Shown piece after piece: positions 48,115-58,591 of a stretch of 64,000 nt of DNA. The translations under genes were made by a program, and so were the position numbers. The stretch lies in the NCBI GenBank assembly GCA_016204695.1, contig JACQKD010000014.1, positions 18,562-82,561 of the forward strand. The letters run 5' to 3'. Within the stretch, counting starts at the first letter, position 1; the number at the start of each line of letters is the position of its first letter. Source of the stretch: Candidatus Kaiserbacteria bacterium (GTDB taxonomy: Bacteria; Patescibacteriota; Minisyncoccia; Phycocordibacterales; UBA918). A model generated the notes under the pieces. That model worked only from the letters and a program-made list of their open reading frames with translations, did not search any database and was not told the DNA's origin.

Positions 48115-49284
48115 ATGATTAATTCAAAAAAGATTATCTGGGGTGTAGTAGTGCTCATCGCACTTGTTGCCATTGCTTTTTTCTCAATGAAAAAGAGTCC
48201 GGAAGCGCCTGACACCGCTACCAAAAACGAGGATACGGGTCCCATAAAAGTCGGCGTCATACTGCCGCTGACCGGAGATGGCGCAGTATACGGCGAGCCC
48301 GCGAGAAACATCTACCAGATGGCGGTCGTGGAGATCAATGCCGCCGACGGTGTTGGAGGCAGGATGCTTGAGCTCGTCGTCGAAGACAGCAAGTGCACCG
48401 GGGAGACGGCAGTAAGCGCCGCACAGAAACTTATAAACGTCGACAAGGTAAAAGTAATTATTGGCGGATTCTGCAGTAGCGAGTCACTTGCCGCAACACC
48501 GGTGGCTGCAAACGCCAAAGTGGTGCTCTTCTCGCCCGGCTCGTCGAGTCCGGATCTCACGGGTGCAAGTCCGTTTTTCTTCCGCAATTATCCGAGCGAC
48601 GCATCACAGGGTACTGTACTCGCGCGAATCGCATACAACGACAAAAAGTATAAGACCGTGGCATTTATTCAGGAGCAAACAGACTATGCGGCCGGAGTAT
48701 ACAAGGCCTTTAATGAAGAATTCACCAAGCTCGGCGGTACGGTCACAAACGAGAGTTTCCCGACGAAGAACACCGATTTTCGAGCGATTGTTACGAAGAT
48801 AAAAGACGCGAAGCCCGATGCGGTCTTTATTGACACGCAGACTCCGGCAGTCGGAACCCGGATCATGCAACAATCAGAACAGCTTCAATATAAACCCGCC
48901 TTAATCGTCAACGATGTTATTTCAGGCGACCCCGATACCGTCACGCAAAATGCCGAGTTTCTGGAAGGGGCACTCACGGCGGAGTTTGGCATTGATCCGC
49001 AAAATCAGAAATTCCAGCACTTGATAACGGCATACAAGGAAAAGTACGGGCAGGAGCCTCCGTACCAAAGCTATGCGCAGACCGAATACGACGCGGTCTT
49101 CATGGTCCGCGACGCGCTCCTCGCAAACGGCGAGGATGGCGAGAAGATCGCCAAGTGGTCGCGCACAGTGAAAGACTGGGAGGGCGCTTCGGGAAAGATC
49201 ACCATTCTCCCCAGCGGCGACCGCGACGGCGGCCACTCGCCGAGAGTGATTAAGAGTGGTAAAGTGGCGCCGTATACCAAATAA
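48115..49284 (+). CDS. Branched-chain amino acid (Liv-type) ABC substrate-binding protein 1
   Basis: TM anchor; IKVGVILPLTG, VEDSKC, IIGGFCSS and YDAV. Confidence 0.88.
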   Translation: MINSKKIIWGVVVLIALVAIAFFSMKKSPEAPDTATKNEDTGPIKVGVILPLTGDGAVYGEPARNIYQMAVVEINAADGVGGRMLELVVEDSKCTGETAVSAAQKLINVDKVKVIIGGFCSSESLAATPVAANAKVVLFSPGSSSPDLTGASPFFFRNYPSDASQGTVLARIAYNDKKYKTVAFIQEQTDYAAGVYKAFNEEFTKLGGTVTNESFPTKNTDFRAIVTKIKDAKPDAVFIDTQTPAVGTRIMQQSEQLQYKPALIVNDVISGDPDTVTQNAEFLEGALTAEFGIDPQNQKFQHLITAYKEKYGQEPPYQSYAQTEYDAVFMVRDALLANGEDGEKIAKWSRTVKDWEGASGKITILPSGDRDGGHSPRVIKSGKVAPYTK

Positions 49285-49295
49285 CCAACCGGATT

Positions 49296-50429
49296 ATGAA
49301 CAACACAGGCAAATGGGTGGGAGGGGTGGTAGTGGTCATCGCCCTTATCGCGATCGTCGTATTCGCGATGCGGAGCGGCAAGAGCGATTCGACCGATACG
49401 AACGCGACAAGCACGGAAAAGAGCACGATAAAAATCGGACTTTCGTTACCGCTCACCGGCGACCTCGCCTTCATCGGCGAAACCGATCGCAATGCCGCAC
49501 AGCTTGCGCTTGAGGAGGTCAATAAACAGGAGGGGCTTAAGCATAACTATGAGCTCGTGTTCGAAGACGACTCGTTCAATGCGGCGAAAGCGGCGAGTGT
49601 CATAAAAAAGTTTACGAGCATAGACAAAGTTGATGCAGTCATCAGCATTGGCTCAACGGCAGGGAATGTCGTTGCGCCCGTTGCCGAAACCAATCGCATT
49701 CCACACATCGGGGCGGGTGCTTCTGATTCGACTATCGCCAAGGGCGATTACAATTTCATTCACTGGACGCGACCACAGGAGGAAGCGGACGCGATGCTCA
49801 AAGAACTCCAAAAACGAAAAATAACAAAAGTCGCGGCCCTGGTAGCTAATCAGCAAGGCCTCCAGGCAATGAATACAGAACTCAAAAATAAAGCCGGGGC
49901 CGTTGGCATTACTATTACCGATGAGACATTCAATCTTGGACAGACCGATTTCCGCACAACCATCTCAAAGATTGAAAAGGAAAAACCGGAAATATACCTT
50001 CTGGGAGCATTTGACCCTGAAGTCGGCATCATCGCAAAACAAATCCGTGAGCTCGGTATCAAAACACCGCTGACTTCTATTGAATCGTTCGCGCTCACCG
50101 CCGACTTGAAACCGTTTGAGGGACAGTGGTTCGTCGATGCGGCCGTTCCGACAAGCCAATTCGGCGGCACATACCAACAAAAGTATGGCAAAGAACCCGG
50201 GCCTGCGGCGGCAAATACCTACGACGCGATCCATCTCTTGGTGAAAGCGTTTGAAGCAGTGCCGGGAGACGGAAAGCCGGCGAGTGACCAAGTTGCCAAA
50301 GCGCTTGGCGGGACACAGGGATACAGTGGGGCGCTTGGCCCGCTGTCGGTCAACTCTGATGGGATATTCATCTCACAGGCGGCAATAAAAATCGTTAAGG
50401 ATGGAAAAGCGGTAGCGGTGCAAGAATAG
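49296..50429 (+). CDS. Liv-type ABC substrate-binding protein 2
   Basis: IKIGLSLPLTG, FEDD, TDFRT and YDAI. Confidence 0.85.
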   Translation: MNNTGKWVGGVVVVIALIAIVVFAMRSGKSDSTDTNATSTEKSTIKIGLSLPLTGDLAFIGETDRNAAQLALEEVNKQEGLKHNYELVFEDDSFNAAKAASVIKKFTSIDKVDAVISIGSTAGNVVAPVAETNRIPHIGAGASDSTIAKGDYNFIHWTRPQEEADAMLKELQKRKITKVAALVANQQGLQAMNTELKNKAGAVGITITDETFNLGQTDFRTTISKIEKEKPEIYLLGAFDPEVGIIAKQIRELGIKTPLTSIESFALTADLKPFEGQWFVDAAVPTSQFGGTYQQKYGKEPGPAAANTYDAIHLLVKAFEAVPGDGKPASDQVAKALGGTQGYSGALGPLSVNSDGIFISQAAIKIVKDGKAVAVQE

Positions 50430-50450
50430 CGCAAAGACTCCGAAACCCAC

Positions 50451-50478
50451 AAAAACCGCTCGCGGATGAGCGGTTTTT
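50451..50478. terminator. Terminator-like hairpin within the ABC operon
   Basis: AAAAACCGCTC-GCGGAT-GAGCGGTTTTT. Confidence 0.65.
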
Positions 50479-50503
50479 GTGGGATAGTAGCCATAATTCC
50501 GCC

Positions 50504-51364
50504 ATGGACATCATCCCTCAACTCGTCGTCAACAGCATCATCGCAGGCGCGATATACAGCATGGTCGCGCTTGGCTTCAATCTCATTTACGGGACGACCA
50601 AATTTTTCAACCTCGCGCACGGCACTGTCGCCGCCATCGGCGGGTACACCGTCTTTTACCTTTCAAAATCTCTCGATTTTCCCGTACTGCCAAGCGTCAT
50701 CGTCGGCGTCTTATTTGCCGGATGCATCGGCTATCTGGTCGACAAAAGCGTGTTCCGGGCGTTACGAAAAAAGAAGGCCTCGGGCATGGTCTTTCTCGTG
50801 GCTTCGCTCGGCGTTATGACAGCGCTCCAGGCACTGGTCGCCATACTCTTTTCGAGCCAATTCCAAACACTGTCCGTCGGGTCTGCAAAAGTCTACCAGG
50901 TCTTCGGAGGCGTCATCACGCAGGTGCAGGCAATCATCTTGCTCTGCGTGCTTCTCATCATGGCCGGATTGACGCTTCTGCTCCGGTTCACCCGCTTCGG
51001 CAAAGCGGTAAGAGCGACGAGCGATGAAGAAGAAGTCGCCAAAATCGTCGGCATCAATACAAACAAAATCATCGGCAGAGTATTTTTCCTCGGTTCGGCA
51101 ATTGCCGGACTCTCCGGCATACTCGTCGGCTTTGACACCGGCATTGAGCCGGCAATGGGACTCTCGCTCTTGCTCAAGGGTGTGATTGCTTCCATCATCG
51201 GCGGCATCGGCAACGTCTACGGCGGCGTACTTGGCGCGTTCCTTCTCGGGTTCATTGAGAACTTCGGCATCTGGAAAATTTCCGGCGAATGGAAGGACGC
51301 AATCGCTTTCGGCGTATTGCTCATTTTCCTCCTCTTCAGGCCGCAGGGACTCATTAAAAAATAG
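50504..51364 (+). CDS. livH: Branched-chain amino acid ABC permease LivH
   Basis: ALGFNLIYG...NLAHG, TRFGKAVRA, IIGGIG and RPQGL. Confidence 0.88.
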   Translation: MDIIPQLVVNSIIAGAIYSMVALGFNLIYGTTKFFNLAHGTVAAIGGYTVFYLSKSLDFPVLPSVIVGVLFAGCIGYLVDKSVFRALRKKKASGMVFLVASLGVMTALQALVAILFSSQFQTLSVGSAKVYQVFGGVITQVQAIILLCVLLIMAGLTLLLRFTRFGKAVRATSDEEEVAKIVGINTNKIIGRVFFLGSAIAGLSGILVGFDTGIEPAMGLSLLLKGVIASIIGGIGNVYGGVLGAFLLGFIENFGIWKISGEWKDAIAFGVLLIFLLFRPQGLIKK

Positions 51365-51370
51365 CTCTCT

Positions 51371-52237
51371 ATGGAATACTTCATCCACCTCGGCATACTC
51401 GTCGCCATATACGCCATTCTCGCGCTCTCGCTCAATCTCGTGATTGGCTACACGGGACTGCTCTCGGTAACCCAAGCCGCCTTCTACGGCATCGGCGCGT
51501 ACGCGACCGCCATCCTCATCACCTCCTATGATGTCAATTTTTTTCTTTCAATACTCATCGGCATGGCGGCGACAGGCCTTGCCGCCTTTATCATCGGATA
51601 CGTGCTGTCGAGATTCGACGGAGACTACTTTGCGCTCGGCTCGTTTGGGTTCAACATCATCATCTTCAGCATATTCATGAACTGGCAAGAGCTGACGCGA
51701 GGACCTTTGGGAATCCCGGGAATCGACCGGCCGTCCCTTTTCGGGTTCGTCTTTTCGGATAACACGCCGTTCCTCGTCCTCGCGGCGCTACTCGCAGTCC
51801 TCGCTTACTTCCTCTGCCAATTCATTGTCCATTCATCGTTCGGCAGAGTACTTAAGGCCATCAGGGAAGACGAGAAAGCGATACAAATATTCGGATACAA
51901 AACCGGCTACTACAAGCTCGTCGTATTCATAGTCGGCGCAATGGTCGCCTCGGTCGGCGGGTCGCTCTTCGCATCGTATATTACTTTCATTGACCCCTCA
52001 TCGTTCCACCTCAACGAGTCGATATTCGTGCTCGCAATCATCATTCTCGGGGGACTTGCCAACAATAAAGGAGCAGTCTGGGGAGCCGCCTTCCTCATCC
52101 TTCTCCCCGAAGCCCTGCGCTTCGTCGGCTTCCCCACCGACATCGCCGCTCAGATGCGCCAGGTCGTCTACGGCCTCATCCTCGTCCTCCTCATGCTGTA
52201 CCGACCGCAAGGCTTGATGGGAGAGTATAAATTATGA
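51371..52237 (+). CDS. livM: Branched-chain amino acid ABC permease LivM
   Basis: SLNLVIGYTGLLS, GDYFAL, LTRGPLG and FGRVLKAIREDE. Confidence 0.88.
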   Translation: MEYFIHLGILVAIYAILALSLNLVIGYTGLLSVTQAAFYGIGAYATAILITSYDVNFFLSILIGMAATGLAAFIIGYVLSRFDGDYFALGSFGFNIIIFSIFMNWQELTRGPLGIPGIDRPSLFGFVFSDNTPFLVLAALLAVLAYFLCQFIVHSSFGRVLKAIREDEKAIQIFGYKTGYYKLVVFIVGAMVASVGGSLFASYITFIDPSSFHLNESIFVLAIIILGGLANNKGAVWGAAFLILLPEALRFVGFPTDIAAQMRQVVYGLILVLLMLYRPQGLMGEYKL

Positions 52238-52257
52238 AGTTGTGGTAGATTACCTTT

Positions 52258-53376
52258 ATGAAAAAGACGCTTATTGGTACGGCCATTATCCTAGTTCTTG
52301 CAAGTCTCGTTCTGGTAGTTGCAAAAAATAACAAGCGGACTACAGATGGTTCTGTAAAAGTTGGTGCTGTCTTGTTTCTGACCGGCAATCAAGCGGTATT
52401 TGGCGAGGAAATACGCAATTCATTACTCCTGGCAAACGAGGTATATAACGCCGACGCAGACACTAACGTCGAACTTCTGATCGAAGATAGCCAGGATGAC
52501 CCGAAGGCTGGAATAAGCGCATACAACAAACTCAAACAGCAGGGTGTGTCCGCGATGATCTCTGCCGGCGATCAAGTAAGCTACGCGCTTTCTCCGCTTG
52601 CCAATAACGATAAATTACCTCTTGTGATGACGGCGGCTGCGGCTGGCGAGATCAATGGAGACTACACATTTCGATCATTTATTACTGCACGGAAGCAAGC
52701 GGAAGTTGTGGGCAATTATGCGGTAGAAGACCTCAAAAGCAAAAACATCGGTGTACTCTACATAAATAATATCTTTGGAGAGTCGTATCTAGACGCTCTC
52801 AAAGCGGCACTCCACGACAGAGCTGCAGTCGTTTCTGAGGAGGCGTTCAATATAGCGGACAGTGAATTGCGAACGCAGATAACAAAAGTTATCGCGAGCG
52901 AGCCTGATGCGATAGTGATTTCCGGTTTCGGGCCTGGCTATACGACTGCTTTCAACCAGCTTCGGCAATACGGTTGGCGAGGAAGTATCCTGACGGTAAA
53001 TACGCTTTCCATTCCGTATGTGTTCAATACCATCGCCCCCGCTAACCTGCACGATACGTATTTCACTGACACCAATTTTGACATCAGTGAGCCTGCGAAC
53101 GCAAAGACCGCAGAATTCATCAAACGATATAAGGAAAAGTACAAGACTAATCCAAGCTTTATCGGGGCATTCGCATACGACATGTATACGGTATTGGGCT
53201 CCGCGATTCAAAAATGCGGCTCTGACCCGGAAGAAATCAAAGATTGTCTCCTAGATATACAAGGTGTGGATGCAATGCTCGGCGATATTGATTTCTCCAC
53301 CCACGAGATGCGCGTCCCGCTCTACGTTAAAAAGGTTGAGGACGGCACACCAGCCATTGTCAAAGTCATAGAGTAA
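52258..53376 (+). CDS. Liv-type ABC substrate-binding protein 3
   Basis: VKVGAVLFLTG, IEDSQDDP and AYD. Confidence 0.82.
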   Translation: MKKTLIGTAIILVLASLVLVVAKNNKRTTDGSVKVGAVLFLTGNQAVFGEEIRNSLLLANEVYNADADTNVELLIEDSQDDPKAGISAYNKLKQQGVSAMISAGDQVSYALSPLANNDKLPLVMTAAAAGEINGDYTFRSFITARKQAEVVGNYAVEDLKSKNIGVLYINNIFGESYLDALKAALHDRAAVVSEEAFNIADSELRTQITKVIASEPDAIVISGFGPGYTTAFNQLRQYGWRGSILTVNTLSIPYVFNTIAPANLHDTYFTDTNFDISEPANAKTAEFIKRYKEKYKTNPSFIGAFAYDMYTVLGSAIQKCGSDPEEIKDCLLDIQGVDAMLGDIDFSTHEMRVPLYVKKVEDGTPAIVKVIE

Positions 53377-53435
53377 GACCTGGAGTACTGGTCATATAGC
53401 CGAGAGCCCCGGGATTTGGTAGGATGGATTTTGAT

Positions 53436-54554
53436 ATGAAAACAATAATCGGGATACTGGTGATTATCTTACTCGTAATCGGCGTTATCGTATTTACCAA
53501 AAAACCGGCATCGGAAGAAACGTCAAATGGAACAATAACGATAGGAGCTATTATCTCGGAAACGGGCGTCGCGGCCGCATTCGGCGAAATGTCGCGCAAG
53601 GGCATCGAGCTTGCGGTGAAGGAGATCAACAACACAGGCGGTGTAGACGGCAGGATGGTGTCAGTGGTATTTGAGGACGATAGGACAGACCCGAAGGCGG
53701 CATCAGGCGCGTTTCAAAAGCTCACGAGCGTAGACAAGGTCGGCGCAATCATCGGCAGCAATTTTGATTTCGTTACACAACCTCTTTTTTCTCTGGCAGA
53801 AACGAACAAGACCGTTGTCGTGACTCCGCTCTCTCCCCGGATCGCGGGAGCGTTCGACACGAATGCGTACTCGTTCACCATGATGACCGACTTTTCGGAC
53901 ATCATCAGGACATTTGACGGATACCTGAAAGAAACGGAGTATGACCAGCTCGGCATCGTCCGCTTCGAAAGCGCATTCGGCGAGGAAATAGAAAAGACAC
54001 TGAACGCCATGCAGTCGGAAATGGGCAAGAAGTCGCTTATCTCCGAAACATATCAGCGAATCGGAAATGCCGATTTCAAAACGACCATTCTCAAGCTCAA
54101 GGAAGCAAAGGTCGATATGATCTTTCTCGACACGGTAGCGACCGACACAATCACGTTTGTCACACAGGCAAAGCAACTCGACTATACCCCGCAGATCATC
54201 ACCCACTTTGACGTTGAAGATACGGTCAAAATACAAGGCGTCGATACGTCCCTTTTCGAAGGTATCGTACTGATTAACTGGGGCTTCGCGCCGACGTCGT
54301 TTGCGGAAAAGTTCAAGAAAGAATACGGGATAGAGGCCGGAAAGGCGGCTGACCGCGCATACGATGCGGTCTATGTCCTCGCCCATGCGATTGCAAAAAC
54401 TCCAAACCTCTCCGATCTTCCCAAGACACTGGAATCACAATCATTCAAAACTCCGAATGTCGAGTTCGGGTTCAATCCGAACCACGCCGCCGCAACCACG
54501 CCTGTCGTCGTCCAGATGATAAAAGACGGTACGGTAGTTGGGTATAAGAAGTAA
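53436..54554 (+). CDS. Liv-type ABC substrate-binding protein 4
   Basis: ITIGAIISETG, INNTGGVDG, FEDD and AYDAV. Confidence 0.82.
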   Translation: MKTIIGILVIILLVIGVIVFTKKPASEETSNGTITIGAIISETGVAAAFGEMSRKGIELAVKEINNTGGVDGRMVSVVFEDDRTDPKAASGAFQKLTSVDKVGAIIGSNFDFVTQPLFSLAETNKTVVVTPLSPRIAGAFDTNAYSFTMMTDFSDIIRTFDGYLKETEYDQLGIVRFESAFGEEIEKTLNAMQSEMGKKSLISETYQRIGNADFKTTILKLKEAKVDMIFLDTVATDTITFVTQAKQLDYTPQIITHFDVEDTVKIQGVDTSLFEGIVLINWGFAPTSFAEKFKKEYGIEAGKAADRAYDAVYVLAHAIAKTPNLSDLPKTLESQSFKTPNVEFGFNPNHAAATTPVVVQMIKDGTVVGYKK

Positions 54555-54571
54555 CCGCGACCAACAAGGCT

Positions 54572-55306
54572 GTGCCCACTCTCGAAACAAAAAGCATTTC
54601 AAAGCGTTTCGACAGCATCAAGGCGGTCGATAACGTCTCCCTTTCGTTTGAAGCCGGAAAGATTACCGGGCTCATCGGACCGAACGGGTCGGGCAAGTCG
54701 ACGCTGATCAACCTGCTCACCGGATTCGTCCCGTACGATGCGGGAATGCTTGTGCTCGGAGAGACGACCAGGCTCTCACGGGTGCGGCCGTACGACATCG
54801 CCACATACGACATCACGCGCACGTTCCAAGACGTGCGGCTCTTCGAGCAGATGTCGGTGCTCGACAATGTGCTTGTCGTGCTCACCGAGCGCAATGTCTG
54901 GAGCGCACTCTTTGAGAAGCACAAAACATACCATCTCGAAAAGGCGAAAGAAGTCTTGGAGCGAGTCGGGCTGTGGGAAAAAAGAAACCAGCTTGCGGTA
55001 AACCTCTCGTACGGCCAGCGCAAGCTCCTCGAGATCGCCCGCGCAGTCGCGATGGATGCAAATATCTATTTCTTCGACGAGCCGTTCGCGGGACTCTTTC
55101 CAGAGATGCGCAAAGTGGTAACCTCCGTACTCAAAGAGCTCCGGAACAAAGGCAACACGGTCATTCTCGTCGAGCACAACATGGATATCATCCGCGAGCT
55201 CTCCGACTACTGCGTCGTCATGGATTCGGGCTCGCTCCTTGCGCAAGGCAAGCCCGAGGTCGTCCTCTCCCGCAAAGACGTCATCGAGGCATATCTTGGC
55301 GAATAA
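54572..55306 (+). CDS. livG: Branched-chain amino acid ABC ATPase LivG
   Basis: GPNGSGKST, RTFQ, LSYGQRKLLEIARA, VEHNM and VIEAYLG. Confidence 0.88.
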   Translation: MPTLETKSISKRFDSIKAVDNVSLSFEAGKITGLIGPNGSGKSTLINLLTGFVPYDAGMLVLGETTRLSRVRPYDIATYDITRTFQDVRLFEQMSVLDNVLVVLTERNVWSALFEKHKTYHLEKAKEVLERVGLWEKRNQLAVNLSYGQRKLLEIARAVAMDANIYFFDEPFAGLFPEMRKVVTSVLKELRNKGNTVILVEHNMDIIRELSDYCVVMDSGSLLAQGKPEVVLSRKDVIEAYLGE

Positions 55307-55378
55307 TCGGCACTCCTGTTGCATCCCGTGATATAGTCTGGTACAGTCCTCTCCCCGTTAATAATATTGATTCTATAT

Positions 55379-56515
55379 ATGAGCAATACAGCCAAATTGA
55401 TACTCGGAATAATCGCTCTGATGGTAATAGCCGGAGCGATAATCTTTTACGGAAAAAACCCTGACGAGAAGAATAATTTGGTTGAAGGGGAAACTCTAAA
55501 AATCGGATGGGTCGGTCCGCTCACCGGGCAAAGCGCCGCAATGGGCGAGCATAGCTCCACTGCCGTCCAGATCGCAGTAGATGAGATAAATGCGGCCGGG
55601 GGAGTAAACGGCAAAAAGATCGAGCTGTTCGTCGAGGATGACCAGTATTCGGCGGAAAAAACTCTCTCCGCGTACCGGAAGCTCGTCGACCTCAACAAGG
55701 TGAAGATAATCCTCCTGCAAAACTACACCGCCATATTTACGCTCGCTGAAAAGGCGGAGACCGAGGGCGTGCTACTTTTCGACGTCGTCGACTGCAATGA
55801 CCGCATCGTCGCAAGCGGCGACAACACCGTGTGCCTTGGTATCGAATCGGAAAGCATTTCGCGTCCGCTTGCGGATTACTCGGAGAAACAAGGATTCAAA
55901 AAAGTCGGAATCGTCCACTTCAACAGCGACCAGTTCTTTCCGTATGTGAAAGATGTTTTTGTCGAAGACTTTGATGGGCAAACGGTTGTGGAGGGATATG
56001 TGGCAGGAACAAATGACTTCAAAACCATCATGACGAAGATGGTCAAGGAAGATGTCGAAGCCATCGTGCTCCTTAGCTATGATGAGGGAGGTCTTGCGAT
56101 CAAGCAGGCGCGGGAGCTTGGTTTCAAAGGACCATTCCTGATGGCAGGCACCGTCGCAAGCCCGACACTTCAGGAACTCGCCCAAGGGAAAGCGGAAGGT
56201 ACGATTTTCACCTTCTGGAACGCGTCTCGTGACGACGAAATGGTGAAGAAATTCAATACCGCCTTTGCCGCAAAGAAAGGACACGAACCGTTCCTCGATT
56301 TCTCGACCTATCCCGCCTATGACGCCGTACGTGCACTTGCTAAAGCGCTTTCAACATCGAAAGACACGAGCTTTGATGGCGTAAAATCCGCACTTATTTC
56401 CCTCAAAGAAAAAGGATTGACCGGAGATATAGACTTCAAAGAAGACGGCGGCGCCCGGGTACCGTACAGTCTCTACGAACTCAAAGGCGGCATGCCGACA
56501 AAATTGGTCGAGTAA
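55379..56515 (+). CDS. Liv-type ABC substrate-binding protein 5
   Basis: LKIGWVGPLTG, INAAGGVNG, VEDD and AYDAV. Confidence 0.85.
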   Translation: MSNTAKLILGIIALMVIAGAIIFYGKNPDEKNNLVEGETLKIGWVGPLTGQSAAMGEHSSTAVQIAVDEINAAGGVNGKKIELFVEDDQYSAEKTLSAYRKLVDLNKVKIILLQNYTAIFTLAEKAETEGVLLFDVVDCNDRIVASGDNTVCLGIESESISRPLADYSEKQGFKKVGIVHFNSDQFFPYVKDVFVEDFDGQTVVEGYVAGTNDFKTIMTKMVKEDVEAIVLLSYDEGGLAIKQARELGFKGPFLMAGTVASPTLQELAQGKAEGTIFTFWNASRDDEMVKKFNTAFAAKKGHEPFLDFSTYPAYDAVRALAKALSTSKDTSFDGVKSALISLKEKGLTGDIDFKEDGGARVPYSLYELKGGMPTKLVE

Positions 56516-56548
56516 TTATTCTCACACAGAAGGTGTAAGATGGGGGCA

Positions 56549-57271
56549 ATGAAAGAAGCGACGCTTTTGGAATTGCGGGACGTCAGTGTGCAATATGGCG
56601 GAGTGAAGGCGCTCGCCGGGGTGGATGTGACTATTGACGAGGGAGAGGTTGTCGCCCTGATGGGTCCGAACGGCGCGGGGAAATCGACAGTACTCAAAGC
56701 AATCTTCGGGCTTGCGCCCATCGAATCGGGGCGTGTGATTTGGGAAGGAAGCGAGATCAAGCTCGCGCCACATGAGATCGTCGAGCTTGGCATCTCATTC
56801 GTACCGCAAGGGCGGAGGGTGTTCCGGCATCTCTCCGTGTACGAAAATATCGAGATTGGCGGGCATAACATAAAAAACAGAGCGGTACTCAAAGAGCGGA
56901 TTGAGGAAGCATTTGAGATTTTTCCTGCACTTAAAGAAAAAGTGTCTCAAAAATCGGGACAGCTTTCGGGAGGCCAACAACAAATGGTTGCGCTCGCGCG
57001 CGGGCTCGTCACGGACCCGAAGCTTCTCCTGCTTGACGAGCCCTCGCTCGGACTTGCACCGAAAGTCGTAAAGGAAGTCTTCGCGAAGATCAAGGAAATA
57101 AATGAAAAGCGAGGCACCGCAATACTTGTCGTCGAGCACAACATTAAGTCGATTCTTGAAATCGCCACGCGAGCGTATGTGCTCGATAAAGGGAAGGTGG
57201 TAACAAAGGGAACGGGAAAAAGCTTCACCCAAAGTGACATTCTGGAGAAAGTGTTTATGGGAGTGGTGTAA
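56549..57271 (+). CDS. livF: Branched-chain amino acid ABC ATPase LivF
   Basis: GPNGAGKST, VPQGRRVF, LSGGQQQM and DEPSLGLAP. Confidence 0.9.
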   Translation: MKEATLLELRDVSVQYGGVKALAGVDVTIDEGEVVALMGPNGAGKSTVLKAIFGLAPIESGRVIWEGSEIKLAPHEIVELGISFVPQGRRVFRHLSVYENIEIGGHNIKNRAVLKERIEEAFEIFPALKEKVSQKSGQLSGGQQQMVALARGLVTDPKLLLLDEPSLGLAPKVVKEVFAKIKEINEKRGTAILVVEHNIKSILEIATRAYVLDKGKVVTKGTGKSFTQSDILEKVFMGVV

Positions 57272-57273
57272 GA

Positions 57274-57747
57274 CTATTGGCCGGTAGCCGTATATTTTGC
57301 GATTTTTCCGCGTGCGACTCGTTCAAGGTAGACGACTGTGGCGACTTCCGCGACAAGCAAAACAATCACAAACCAGAACATCCCCGCGCTGTTGCTCGCA
57401 AGCGAGAGGTCCACGAGCTCGCGGATGATGGCGATGACCCACGCCAATTGCATGATACGCACGTCTTTGTAGAAGAGCGCAAAGAGCAGTACGAGTGCGC
57501 CGCCAAGCTGTCGTCCGGCGACCATGTATGAGAGTTGGTCCACGGCATGCCCGGCACCGATACCCGGTACAAATTCCGATAAGTTAGTGAAAAAATTGAA
57601 AAAACCGAATGCGTTGATGAGCAATATCACGCAACTGAAAAGTACGATCACGAGCGGAAAGCGCGCGACAGTGGGGACGAGCGGGCGCATACCTCGCATA
57701 CGCCTACTTTCTGAAGATTGAGTCGGGCCAGGATATGATGTTTCCAT
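57274..57747 (-). CDS. Integral membrane hypothetical protein
   Basis: Four hydrophobic helices; start moved to METSYPG. Confidence 0.6.
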   Translation of the reverse strand: METSYPGPTQSSESRRMRGMRPLVPTVARFPLVIVLFSCVILLINAFGFFNFFTNLSEFVPGIGAGHAVDQLSYMVAGRQLGGALVLLFALFYKDVRIMQLAWVIAIIRELVDLSLASNSAGMFWFVIVLLVAEVATVVYLERVARGKIAKYTATGQ

Positions 57748-57901
57748 ATGTATATACAGTACCAACGAATAAGCGACAAACGCATCTGCGCACAATTTTA
57801 TACTGGCACCCCCTCGAGTCAACAAACTAATCCACCACCACATACGCATACTCGACAGTAATGGATAGCAAAACGGCGGCTCTTCTTTTATACTATCTTG
57901 C

Positions 57902-58591
57902 ATGAAATCAAAAAGTGGCCTGCGCGTCGGCATCGTTCGTTTCCCCGGTTCCAACTGCGACCACGACACGCTCAACTATTTCACCGCCTTCGGCCATCGA
58001 CCGTTGTTCCTGTGGTTTAAGGATACGCGCATACCGGCGGTCGACCTCATTGTGCTACCAGGGGGGTTCGCGTTCGGCGATCGTGTATATGCAAAAGCGA
58101 CCGCCTCCTACACGATCGACCCCGGCAAGCTCGCGCTCACCTCGCCGATCATGAAGCCGTTGCGTGCCCTCGCGGAGAAAGGCATGCCGATTCTCGGCAT
58201 CTGTAACGGCTTTCAGATCCTCGTGAAAGCGGGCATGCTCCCGGGCGTGTTGCTACAAAACGATTCAAAGAAATTTTTCTGCGACTATGTCGACTGCACA
58301 GTCACGGGAAATTCTTTTTTCTCGAACAACAAGCTTCTTGGCAAAACATTCTCGATTCCCGTCGCCCATGGATACGGCAAATATTCGGTGTCAAAAAAAG
58401 AGGCCGCGGCGTTGCGCCGGAACGGGCAGGTATTTCTCGAATATAAGAGTATCAACCCCAACGGTTCGACAGACGACATCGCAGGCGTCTGCAACAAGGA
58501 GCAGACGATATTCGGCATGATGCCGCACCCGGAACGCTCGCCACGGCGGGAATATTTTATGCATGCAATCGAATCATATGTCCGCAAATAG
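57902..58591 (+). CDS. purQ: FGAM synthase glutaminase subunit PurQ
   Basis: [24 protein letters not shown] and MMPHPER. Confidence 0.93.
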   Translation: MKSKSGLRVGIVRFPGSNCDHDTLNYFTAFGHRPLFLWFKDTRIPAVDLIVLPGGFAFGDRVYAKATASYTIDPGKLALTSPIMKPLRALAEKGMPILGICNGFQILVKAGMLPGVLLQNDSKKFFCDYVDCTVTGNSFFSNNKLLGKTFSIPVAHGYGKYSVSKKEAAALRRNGQVFLEYKSINPNGSTDDIAGVCNKEQTIFGMMPHPERSPRREYFMHAIESYVRK

